Shown in pieces: positions 54,865 to 64,000 of a stretch of DNA of 64,000 nucleotides. The notes under the pieces are model-generated. The model saw nothing but the letters and a program-made list of their open reading frames with translations, was not told the DNA's origin and did no database searches. Origin of the DNA: a bacterium (GTDB lineage Bacteria; Joyebacterota; Joyebacteria; Joyebacterales; Joyebacteraceae); the NCBI GenBank assembly GCA_025774935.1, contig JALGZK010000001.1:148266-212265 (forward strand), written 5' to 3'. The stretch's first letter is position 1; the number at the start of each line of letters is the position of its first letter. Made by a program: the position numbers and the translations under genes.

Positions 54865-56046
54865 GTGAGCAGACGACTGATACTGACGGGGAATGACGCG
54901 GCCGCCGAGGCGATGAGGCAGATCGACCCGGACGTCGTGGCCGCGTTCCCGATTACCCCGCAGACTGAGCTCATGCACAAGTTCGCGGAGCACGTCGCGG
55001 ACGGAGAGGTGAAGGCCGAACTGGTGCTCGTCGAATCCGAGCACAGCGCCATGAGCGCGACGGTGGGGGCGGCGGCGGCCGGGGCGAGGTCGATGACGGC
55101 GACGTCGGCGAACGGCCTTGCGCTCATGTGGGAGATCGTGTACATCGCGGCGTCGTATCGGCTGCCGATCGTGATGCCGGTCGTGAACCGCGCGCTCTCT
55201 GGACCGATCAATATCCACTGCGACCACAGCGACACGATGGGATGCCGCGACACCGGGTGGATCCAGCTCTACTCCGAGAACGCGCAGGAGGTCTACGACA
55301 ACGTCATCCAGGCGATCCGGATCGCGGAGTCGCCAGAGGTGCTCCTCCCGGTGATGGTGACGTTCGACGGCTTCATCATCAGCCACACGGCGGAGGTTCT
55401 GGAGGCGCTCGAGGACGACCCTGTGAGGAACTGGATTGGCGAGTACAAGCCGAAGTATACGCTGCTCGACACCGACAACCCGATGACCTTCGGTCCTCTC
55501 GACCTCCAGGATTACTACTTCGAACACAAGCGCCAGCAGATGGAGGCGATGCGCGCGGCGCCTGCGACCGTGAAGAAGATCGGGAAGCTCTACGGCGAGA
55601 TGTCCGGGCGGCCGTACGACCTCATCGAGGGGTACCAGCTGGAAGACGCGGAGCTCGCGGTGGTCGCGCTCGGCTCGACGTGCGGGACGGCAAAGGTCGT
55701 CATCGACGAGCTTCGCGCAAAGGGGACGAAGGCGGGGCTCCTCAAGATCAGGTGCTTCCGGCCGTTCCCCGAGGCAGAGATCGCCGCGGCGCTCAAGGGC
55801 GCGAAGGCGATCGCCGTACTCGACCGCTCTGTGTCGTTCGGCGCCCCCGGTGGACCCGTTCACAAGGAGATCAAGGCGGCGCTCTTCGGTTCCGGTTCCT
55901 CCGCGGGCCTGGTGAACTACATCTACGGGCTCGGCGGTCGCGACATCTCGATGGAGCACATCCACGAGGCGTTCGCGGACCTCGAGACGGTCGCCGGTGA
56001 GGGAACTCCTGCCGACGCCATTCGGTTCCTTGGACTGAGGGAGTAA
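54865..56046 (+). CDS. porA: 2-oxoacid:ferredoxin oxidoreductase alpha subunit
   Basis: GTG 54865 is preceded by AAGGGAG. Domains I/II of the POR alpha subunit (…LTGNDAAAEAM…PITPQTELM…). Confidence 0.8.
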   Translation: MSRRLILTGNDAAAEAMRQIDPDVVAAFPITPQTELMHKFAEHVADGEVKAELVLVESEHSAMSATVGAAAAGARSMTATSANGLALMWEIVYIAASYRLPIVMPVVNRALSGPINIHCDHSDTMGCRDTGWIQLYSENAQEVYDNVIQAIRIAESPEVLLPVMVTFDGFIISHTAEVLEALEDDPVRNWIGEYKPKYTLLDTDNPMTFGPLDLQDYYFEHKRQQMEAMRAAPATVKKIGKLYGEMSGRPYDLIEGYQLEDAELAVVALGSTCGTAKVVIDELRAKGTKAGLLKIRCFRPFPEAEIAAALKGAKAIAVLDRSVSFGAPGGPVHKEIKAALFGSGSSAGLVNYIYGLGGRDISMEHIHEAFADLETVAGEGTPADAIRFLGLRE

Positions 56047-56061
56047 GAAAGGAAGAACCCG

Positions 56062-56991
56062 ATGCCTGGCCTGAAACAGCTGGCACAGCGGCCCGAGCTC
56101 ATGGCCGGAGGCCATCGCGCGTGCGCGGGATGTCTGCCTATGACGGCGATGCGTCAGACGCTCCTCACTGCGGGGAAGGACACGGTCTGCGGATGTGCGA
56201 CAGGGTGCGTGGAGGTGGTGACGACGATCTACCCGTACACCGCGTGGAGGACGCCCTTCATTCACAGCGCGTTCGAGAACTCCGCCGCGACGATCTCGGG
56301 AGCCGAGGCGGCCTATCGCTCGCTCCGGAAGCAAGGGAGGGTGGACAAGGAGATCAACTTCATCGCGTTCGGCGGTGACGGCGGAACGTACGACATCGGG
56401 CTCCAGGCGCTCTCGGGAGCGATGGAGCGCGGTCACAACATGCTGTACATCTGCTACGACAACCAGGCCTACATGAACACGGGCATTCAGCGGTCGGGCG
56501 GCACGCCCAAGGGAACGGCGACCTCGACGACACCGGCGGGGAAGGTCGTCCCCGGGAAGAAGCAGTTCCCGAAGCCGCTGACGGAGATCATGATCGCGCA
56601 CAACATCCCGTACGTGGCGCAGTGCACGCCGGGGTTCCCCAAGGACCTCTCCGACAAGGTCGAGAAGGCCCTCACGATCGAGGGCCCGGCGTTCATCAAC
56701 ATGCTCGCGCCCTGCACCCGTGGATGGCGGTATCCGATGGAAGAGTCGATGGAGGTCGCGCGGCTCGCGGTCGACACGTGCCTCTGGCCGATCTTCGAGG
56801 TCGAGCACGGCAAGATCCGCGTGACGCGGAAGCCGAAGGAGAAGGTGCCGATCGCCAAGTGGCTCGAGAACCAGGGACGGTTCCGCCACCTGTTCAAGGA
56901 AGAGAACAGGCACATCATCGACGAGATCCAGGAGGAAATCGACCGCTACTGGGAGCTGCTCCTGAAACGCGAGGAGCTCTCGCAGACGTAG
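56062..56991 (+). CDS. porB: 2-oxoacid:ferredoxin oxidoreductase beta subunit (TPP-binding)
   Basis: Cys ligands (CAGC…CGCATGC) and the TPP-binding GDG-x-N motif region (FGGDGGTYDIG…YDNQAYMNTG). Confidence 0.85.
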   Translation: MPGLKQLAQRPELMAGGHRACAGCLPMTAMRQTLLTAGKDTVCGCATGCVEVVTTIYPYTAWRTPFIHSAFENSAATISGAEAAYRSLRKQGRVDKEINFIAFGGDGGTYDIGLQALSGAMERGHNMLYICYDNQAYMNTGIQRSGGTPKGTATSTTPAGKVVPGKKQFPKPLTEIMIAHNIPYVAQCTPGFPKDLSDKVEKALTIEGPAFINMLAPCTRGWRYPMEESMEVARLAVDTCLWPIFEVEHGKIRVTRKPKEKVPIAKWLENQGRFRHLFKEENRHIIDEIQEEIDRYWELLLKREELSQT

Positions 56992-57042
56992 GCGCCGAGG
57001 GGGACGCGCCGGGGCTCCGAGCTCCGCGCGGCGTGAGAAACG

Positions 57043-57648
57043 ATGAACTGGCCGAACGGACTGACCGTCGCGCGCCTGGTCCTCGGACCGGTCATCCTCA
57101 TGTGCATCATCTTCGGCGCCGAACGGCTCGCGTTCTACCTCTTCGTCGTCGCGATGATCACTGACCTCTATGACGGCTACCTCGCGCGCCGGTCGGGCAA
57201 CGTCACCGAGTTCGGCAAACTGATGGATCCCCTGGCCGACAAGGTCCTGGTCTCCCTGGTCCTTGTCGGTTTTCTCGTTCTCGGTCTCCCTTACGTCCCG
57301 TTCTGGATGGTCGCGGCCATCGTCGGACGCGAGCTCCTCATTCTCGGGTTCCGGACGGGCGCGCTCAAGAGCCCCGAGGGCTTCGTGACGAGCAGGATCG
57401 CGAAGTGGAAGACGGCAGCGCAGATGGCCTGGCTCGCGTCGGTCCTGCTCTACGTGACGGTCCTCTCGCGGACAGGGGCGTCGCTCAAGGTCCCGGCGTC
57501 GCGGCCGGTGGAGGTCGTTCTGTGGGTCCTCGGCATCGTCGCGGTCGTGCTCACGATCGTGTCGGGCGCCGAGTACCTGCTGGAGATGCGAGGCGTGGCG
57601 CGTCAGCGGGCTGCTGCCGCGCAGGCGAACCCTGAGAAAAGGGGCTAG
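57043..57648 (+). CDS. pgsA: CDP-diacylglycerol--glycerol-3-phosphate 3-phosphatidyltransferase
   Basis: CDP-alcohol phosphatidyltransferase motif (DLYDGYLARR…G…DPLADK). Confidence 0.85.
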   Translation: MNWPNGLTVARLVLGPVILMCIIFGAERLAFYLFVVAMITDLYDGYLARRSGNVTEFGKLMDPLADKVLVSLVLVGFLVLGLPYVPFWMVAAIVGRELLILGFRTGALKSPEGFVTSRIAKWKTAAQMAWLASVLLYVTVLSRTGASLKVPASRPVEVVLWVLGIVAVVLTIVSGAEYLLEMRGVARQRAAAAQANPEKRG

Positions 57649-57653
57649 CGACG

Positions 57654-58151
57654 ATGGGCAACGGCGCACCACAGCGTCTCTCTCCGATCGTACGCTTCAT
57701 CGCGACCGGCGCGTTCCTGGGTTACGCTCCCGTTGCGCCGGGGACGGTCGGCGCGGCGGGATGCGCCGTCGTCCTCTGGTTCCTGGCTCCCGCGATCGGA
57801 CCGGGCACCGCCCCGCTCGTGGTCTTCGTGCACGTCCTCTCGGTCCTGGCCCTCGTCGCCGTCTCCGTGTGGGCGTCCGGCGAGGCGGAACGGACGTTTG
57901 GGAAGGACGCCTCGCGAATCGTCATCGACGAGTGGGCGGGGTTCGTCATCGCCATCTTCTTCCTCCCCAAGACCCTGCTGGTCTACGCGGTAGCTTTTGT
58001 CGTCTTCCGGGCGATCGACATCCTGAAGCCGTACCCCGCACGGCGTGCCGAGTCGCTCCCGGGAGGATGGGGCATCGTGATGGACGACGTCATCGCCGGC
58101 ATCTACACCAACCTCCTCGTGAGACTCATGCTCCTGGTGCAGGGCGGATAG
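57654..58151 (+). CDS. pgpA: Phosphatidylglycerophosphatase A
   Basis: PgpA-family membrane protein (…FIATGAFLGYAPVAPGTVG…IVIDEWAG…). Its position after pgsA supports the call. Confidence 0.8.
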   Translation: MGNGAPQRLSPIVRFIATGAFLGYAPVAPGTVGAAGCAVVLWFLAPAIGPGTAPLVVFVHVLSVLALVAVSVWASGEAERTFGKDASRIVIDEWAGFVIAIFFLPKTLLVYAVAFVVFRAIDILKPYPARRAESLPGGWGIVMDDVIAGIYTNLLVRLMLLVQGG

Positions 58152-58183
58152 CACACCGACCGACGCCCCGCGGAGAAACCCCC

Positions 58184-59431
58184 GTGAACGCAGAGATCAT
58201 CACGATCGGCCGCGAGCTCCTCGACGGGAGTCTGGTCGACACGAACACCGCGTACGTCGGGTCGCGGCTGCGTGTCCTCGGCGCGACCGTGACGCGATCG
58301 ACGAGCGTCCCGGACGACCCCCGGGCGATCGAGGAAGTGCTCGCGCGGGCCATGAACTCCGCGGACATCGTCATCACGACGGGCGGGCTCGGTCCGACGA
58401 GCGACGACCGCACCAAGCACGTCGTGGCCAGGCTCCTCGACCGACAGCTCGTGCTGGATGAGGAAGTTCTCGCGAGCGTGAGATCTCACTTCGAGTCGCA
58501 GGGGCTCGCGATGCCCGAGATCAACCTCTCGCAGGCGATGATCCCCGAGGGAGCGCGCGCAATCGACAACGCACTCGGGACCGCCCCCGGGCTTCTGCTC
58601 GAGCGCGGCGGCGTCATCCTCTTCGTCCTTCCGGGCGTCCCCGTAGAGATGAAGAGGATGGTCGAAACGTACGTGATCCCCTTCCTCGAGGGGCGCGGCC
58701 TCAAGCGCCTCGCCGAGGAGAGGCTCGTCCGGACAACCGGCGTGCCCGAGTCCGAGGTGGCCGAGCTCGTCGACCCGGTCGCGAAGCGGCTGGCGCGGAC
58801 CGACGTGGCCTATCTGGCGTCGGCGACCGGCGTCGACGTCCTCCTCATCTGCCGCGGGGAGTCGGCCGCGCAGGCGCGCCGCACGGCCGACCGCGCGGCG
58901 GAGCGCGTCGCAGAGCTTCTGGGCGATGCGGTCTACGCGACGGGGGAGGATTCGCTCGAACAGGTGGTGGGGTATCTCCTCTCGATGGCGGGGAAGAGCC
59001 TCGCGGTCGCGGAGTCGTGCACCGGCGGGAGGCTCGGGTGGCGCCTCACGAGGGTATCGGGGAGCTCCGAGTACTTCGTCGGCGGCGTGATCTCGTACTC
59101 GAACGAGCTCAAGAAGAAGCTCCTGGGTGTCAAGACCGGCACCCTCAGGAAGCACGGCGCCGTCTCCGCGGAGGTCGCGGAGGAGATGGCGGACGGCGTC
59201 AGGGCCCGAACCAAGGCGGACTACGGCGTCGCGATCACCGGGACCGCCGGGCCGGGAGGGGGAACCCCCGAGAAGCCGGTCGGTCTCGTCCACATCGCCG
59301 TGTCTTGGGAACGGGGGAGCAGGGGCGAGCGCTATCAGTTCCGCGGCGGTCGCGACACCGTCCGCGAGCGCGCCGCGCAGGCCGCCCTCGACCTCCTCAG
59401 ACGAGCCCTCATGAACCCCCGGGGGACCTGA
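58184..59431 (+). CDS. cinA: CinA-family protein (N-terminal MoCF-binding domain + C-terminal nicotinamide-nucleotide amidase)
   Basis: GTG 58184 is preceded by GGAGAAA. The N-terminal domain (…IITIGRELLDG…ADIVITTGGLGPTSDD…) and the C-terminal CinA domain (…AVAESCTGG…) are both present. Confidence 0.85.
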   Translation: MNAEIITIGRELLDGSLVDTNTAYVGSRLRVLGATVTRSTSVPDDPRAIEEVLARAMNSADIVITTGGLGPTSDDRTKHVVARLLDRQLVLDEEVLASVRSHFESQGLAMPEINLSQAMIPEGARAIDNALGTAPGLLLERGGVILFVLPGVPVEMKRMVETYVIPFLEGRGLKRLAEERLVRTTGVPESEVAELVDPVAKRLARTDVAYLASATGVDVLLICRGESAAQARRTADRAAERVAELLGDAVYATGEDSLEQVVGYLLSMAGKSLAVAESCTGGRLGWRLTRVSGSSEYFVGGVISYSNELKKKLLGVKTGTLRKHGAVSAEVAEEMADGVRARTKADYGVAITGTAGPGGGTPEKPVGLVHIAVSWERGSRGERYQFRGGRDTVRERAAQAALDLLRRALMNPRGT

Positions 59432-60030
59432 TGGCGGTGCGGACGTTCGTCGCTTTGGAGTTGTCCCGCCCCCTCAAAGAAGGCATACTCGACCTCGCCC
59501 AGCGCATGGAGGCGCGCGGAGTGCGCGCCAGCTGGGCGCGTGCGTCGACCCTGCATCTGACACTCAAGTTCCTCGGGGACGTCGAGGAGGAGAACCTGCC
59601 CGACGTATTCGAGGCGGTGGCGCGTGCGGCCGCCCGGGTGGCCCCGTTCTCGTTCGAGTCGAGGTCGCTCGGGGCGTTCCCGTCGCCGCGGCGAGCGGGG
59701 GTGCTCTGGGTGGGCGTCGAGGCACCGCAGGAACTGTGGGACCTCGCGAGGGGCGTCGAAGACGAACTGGCGGGCCTCGGGTTCCCGAGGGAGAAGCGGA
59801 GGTTCCGTCCGCACATCACGCTCGGCCGCGTCAGGAACCCCCGGGACGACGCTCCCGTGGAGGAGCTCCTGAGGACCCTCGAGGCGCCGGCTGAGACGGT
59901 GGAGGCCCGCGAGGTCTTCACGATGAGGAGCGAGCTCAGGCCGGGAGGGGCGGTCCACGAGGTCATCGCGATGGCCCGACTCGCCGGCGGACGCGCTCCC
60001 GGTGTGCACGCGGGAGACCAGACCCCTTGA
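59431..60030 (+). CDS. thpR: RNA 2',3'-cyclic phosphodiesterase (2H family, ThpR/LigT)
   Basis: Two H-x-T/S-x motifs (HLTLKFLG and HITLGRV). The ATG overlaps the cinA stop by 1 nt. Confidence 0.75.
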   Translation: MAVRTFVALELSRPLKEGILDLAQRMEARGVRASWARASTLHLTLKFLGDVEEENLPDVFEAVARAAARVAPFSFESRSLGAFPSPRRAGVLWVGVEAPQELWDLARGVEDELAGLGFPREKRRFRPHITLGRVRNPRDDAPVEELLRTLEAPAETVEAREVFTMRSELRPGGAVHEVIAMARLAGGRAPGVHAGDQTP

Positions 60031-60085
60031 AGACACCGACCCTTGACGGACGACATTCGCACGACCCCTGACTTCGGAGGAGACG

Positions 60086-61195
<1,110 letters not shown>

Positions 61196-61237
61196 TGTCA
61201 GGGCGCTCCCGCGCGGCGGCCCCGGGTCCCAAGCGAG

Positions 61238-61906
61238 GTGCCGGTGGGCGGACGGATCACGGCCATCGAGAGGGCCAGTGAGGGCTCGGCTCGCGTGGCC
61301 GTCTTCGTAGACGGCAGTCGTGCCTTCACGGTGTCCCAGGACGTTGCCGAGCGACTCGGTCTCGCCGTCGGGGTCGACCTCGGCGAGACCGAGATCGCCA
61401 CGATCGAGTCGGACGACCGTGTGGGAAAGGCGCGCGACAAGGCGCTCCGCCTCCTCGCGGTGCGGGCGCGCTCGAGACGCGAGCTCACGGACCGCCTGAC
61501 GCGCATCGGCCACGAGGCCGACGCCGTCGAGGCGGTCATCGCCGACCTCGAGGCGTCCGGACTCGTCGACGACGTGGCGTTCGCGAGGGCCTGGGCCGAC
61601 GAGCGGGTGAGGCTCAAGCCATCCGGGAGAAGAAGGCTCGAGAGCGAGCTCATCGGCAAGGGCGTCCCGCGGGACGTGATCGCGAACGTCCTCGAGGAGA
61701 TCTTCGAGGAGCACAGCGAGCTCGAGCTGGCCGTGAAGGCCGCGGCGAAGAGGACGCGCAGGTTCGTGGGAGGAGCCGTGCCCCCGAAGGAGCGCGCGAG
61801 GCTGCGCGCCTTCCTCCTGCGGCGCGGGTTCAGCCACGAGGTCGCGACAGCGGTCCTCAGGGGACTGCCGGACGATGACGACGGAGGGATGGATGACGTC
61901 GGCTGA
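61238..61906 (+). CDS. recX: RecA regulator RecX
   Basis: Three-helix-repeat RecX protein immediately downstream of recA. The start is uncertain (GTG at 61238). Confidence 0.8.
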   Translation: MPVGGRITAIERASEGSARVAVFVDGSRAFTVSQDVAERLGLAVGVDLGETEIATIESDDRVGKARDKALRLLAVRARSRRELTDRLTRIGHEADAVEAVIADLEASGLVDDVAFARAWADERVRLKPSGRRRLESELIGKGVPRDVIANVLEEIFEEHSELELAVKAAAKRTRRFVGGAVPPKERARLRAFLLRRGFSHEVATAVLRGLPDDDDGGMDDVG

Positions 61907-64000
61907 GATCAGGAAGGCGTTCTACGACTACTTCGTCGAGCGCGGGCACGAGCTCGTGCCGAGCGCTCCGCTCGTCCCCAAGGACGACCCGACGCTCCTG
62001 TTCACGTCGGCAGGCATGGTCCCGTTCAAGTCGCACTACGTCGCCGAGAACCCGCCGTACCGCCGCGCGGTCTCCATCCAGCGGTGTTTGAGGCTCTCCG
62101 ATCTCGAGGAGGTCGGCCGGAGCCCGTACCACATGACGTTCTTCGAGATGATGGGCAACTTCTCGTTCGGCGACTACTTCAAGAGAGAGACGCTCGAGTG
62201 GGGCTGGGACTTCCTGACGAACGTCGTCGGCCTTCCGGGGGACCGCCTTTGGGCGACCGTCCACACGGACGACGACGAGGCGGAGGACATCTGGCTCTCC
62301 TCGATCGGCCTCCCCGCCGAACGGGTCGTGAGGCTTGGCGACGAGGACAACTTCTGGGGACCCGCGGGGGACGCGGGCCCCTGCGGCCCGTGCTCCGAGG
62401 TCCACATGGACATGGGCGTCGAGAAGGGGTGCGGCCGCGAGGACTGCGTTCCCGGATGTGACTGCGACCGCTTCTTTGAGGTGTGTAACCACGTCTTCCC
62501 GCAGTTCCTTCAGAAGGTGGACACGACGCGGGTGCCCCTGGCCCGTCCCGGGATCGACATGGGGATGGGTCTGGAACGCCTCTGCTGCGTCGTCCAGAAG
62601 GTCGACAGCATCTACCAGACCGACCTCCTGAAACCGATCGTCGAGGCCGCGGCGGGCGAGGTCGAGGCGGCGACGGGCCAGCGTCCTCCGACCGATGAGC
62701 TCGGCGTCGGCCTCTCGGTCATCGTCGACCACGCCCGCGCCGCGACGTTCACGATCGCCGAGAACATCAACCCGTCGAACGAGTCGCAGGGCTACGTCGT
62801 CCGTCGGCTCATCCGACGGGCGGTTCGGCGTGGTCACGAGTTCGGCATCACCGAGCCGTTTCTCTACCGGCTCGCCGGTGTCGTCATCGAGAACCTCGGT
62901 GACGCGCACCCGCACATCGTGCAAAAGCGCGAGCACATCGCGCTCGTGATCAAGTCGGAGGAGGAGCGTTTCCACGAGACGCTCTCCGCCGGGTCCCAGC
63001 TCTTCGAGGGGATCCTGGAGCGCGCACGGGGCGCCGGATCGAAGGTGATCCCGGGCGACGAGGCCTTCCGGCTCTACGACACCTACGGGTTCCCGGTCGA
63101 CCTCACGCGCGAGATGGCAGCGGAACACGGTCTCGATGTCGACATGCGCGGCTTCGAGTCCGCGATGGAGGAGCAGAAGGAGCGGGGGCGCCGCGCCTCG
63201 TCGTTCGGGAAGGGCGCCGGGACGCGCGAGTGGTCGGGCGAGGCGGGAGTGCGAGACGGTGGCGCCATCGTGGAGTCGCAGTTCGCGGGATACGATCTCG
63301 TGGCCGAGGACGCTGCTGGAACGGAACTCGCCGACGGCGGGTCCTACTCCGAGCCCATGAAGGCGACGGTCGTGCGCGTGAGGCCTGCGGCGAAGGACGG
63401 CCGCGTAGAGTTCACGCTCGACCGGACGCCGTTCTACGCCGAGGCGGGCGGGCAGGTCGCCGACACGGGGACCGTCGACGGCGACGGTGTCACGGTGGCC
63501 ATCGTGAACGTCTACGTCGAGGACGGGCACTCCGTGCACGTCGGACGACCCGAGGGCGGCGAGATCCGGCCCAGCATGACCGTCGAGGCCCGCGTCGACC
63601 TTGCGCTCCGGAGGCGGACCGAGAAGAACCACACCGCGACGCACCTCCTGCAAGCGGCCCTGAGGCAGTTCGTGGGCGACCACGTCCACCAGTCGGGATC
63701 CTGGGTCGGTCCGGAGCGGCTGCGCTTCGACTTCACCCACTTTTCAGAGCTCAACAACGACGCCCTCCACGCGATCGAGGACCGCGTGAACGCGTGGATT
63801 CGTGCCGACGTTCCCATCTGTCCGGAGTGGACGGCGCTCGACGACGCGCTCTCACGCGGGGCCATGGCCCTCTTCGACGAAAAGTACGACGAGGAGGTCC
63901 GGGCCGTCTCGATCCCGGGTGTGAGCCTGGAGCTCTGCGGCGGGACGCACGTCCGAAGGACCGGGGAGATCGGCCTGTTCACCATCGTCTCCGAGGGGAG
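61893..64000 (+). CDS. alaS: Alanyl-tRNA synthetase, N-terminal ~700 aa (3' end beyond window)
   Basis: ATG 61893 (GGAGGG upstream) overlaps the recX 3' end. AlaRS class II catalytic core (MTSAEIRKAFYDYFVERGHELVPSAPLVP…FTSAGMVPFK…RCLRLSDLEEVG…) followed by the editing domain (HTATHLL…CGGTHV). It is absent from the ORF track only because no stop codon falls inside the window. Confidence 0.9.
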   Translation, partial: MTSAEIRKAFYDYFVERGHELVPSAPLVPKDDPTLLFTSAGMVPFKSHYVAENPPYRRAVSIQRCLRLSDLEEVGRSPYHMTFFEMMGNFSFGDYFKRETLEWGWDFLTNVVGLPGDRLWATVHTDDDEAEDIWLSSIGLPAERVVRLGDEDNFWGPAGDAGPCGPCSEVHMDMGVEKGCGREDCVPGCDCDRFFEVCNHVFPQFLQKVDTTRVPLARPGIDMGMGLERLCCVVQKVDSIYQTDLLKPIVEAAAGEVEAATGQRPPTDELGVGLSVIVDHARAATFTIAENINPSNESQGYVVRRLIRRAVRRGHEFGITEPFLYRLAGVVIENLGDAHPHIVQKREHIALVIKSEEERFHETLSAGSQLFEGILERARGAGSKVIPGDEAFRLYDTYGFPVDLTREMAAEHGLDVDMRGFESAMEEQKERGRRASSFGKGAGTREWSGEAGVRDGGAIVESQFAGYDLVAEDAAGTELADGGSYSEPMKATVVRVRPAAKDGRVEFTLDRTPFYAEAGGQVADTGTVDGDGVTVAIVNVYVEDGHSVHVGRPEGGEIRPSMTVEARVDLALRRRTEKNHTATHLLQAALRQFVGDHVHQSGSWVGPERLRFDFTHFSELNNDALHAIEDRVNAWIRADVPICPEWTALDDALSRGAMALFDEKYDEEVRAVSIPGVSLELCGGTHVRRTGEIGLFTIVSEG

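Overview
High-GC (roughly 68-70%) bacterial chromosomal segment, densely packed with about 50 genes, most of them conserved housekeeping genes on the + strand. Coding regions: ahcY (5' partial), lptG/lptF (- strand), a 2137-aa secreted outer-membrane beta-barrel protein (SprA/Sov-like T9SS translocon candidate) overlapping a lipoprotein M28/glutaminyl-cyclase-like gene, rimP-nusA-infB-DUF503-rbfA-nrnA-truB-ribF-rpsO-pnp-dut, a UbiA-family prenyltransferase, trkH-trkA, asnS, glnA (-), a T9SS-type cargo gene (-), cyclophilin, two TPR proteins, iscS, an HExxH membrane protein, two lipoproteins, an SbcD-like/SbcC-like/CHAT three-gene module, an ECF sigma with a ZAS-type anti-sigma, a GAF histidine kinase with a REC-GGDEF regulator, tadA, dnaX-ybaB-recR, porGDAB, pgsA-pgpA-cinA-thpR-recA-recX and alaS (3' partial). 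RNA genes: two tRNA clusters (Ser-TGA, Ser-GCT, Arg-ACG; Ser-CGA, Ser-GGA, Ala-CGC) and a long Bacillus-type SRP RNA upstream of dnaX. The gene content (a cargo with the T9SS C-terminal sorting-domain signature and a SprA-like giant OMP, together with LptFG) suggests a Gram-negative FCB-group-like lineage, but phylum cannot be assigned from sequence alone. Two things stand out. First, the T9SS cargo gene has an in-frame UGA 14 residues after its signal peptide; it creates a U-S-F-C motif and is followed at fdhF-like spacing by a bulged-U hairpin with a GU loop, so it is either a selenoprotein or a nonsense pseudogene. Second, a promoter-led, translationally coupled operon encodes an Mre11/SbcD-like nuclease, an SbcC/Rad50-like ATPase with a transmembrane hairpin in place of the zinc hook, and a zinc-ribbon + TM + CHAT (caspase-like) protein. 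It is followed by the ECF/tandem-ZAS anti-sigma pair, the GAF histidine kinase and the REC-GGDEF regulator, all lying between the two tRNA clusters. No CRISPR array, integrase or transposase was seen. All coordinates were derived by hand from the printed sequence and the ORF track.
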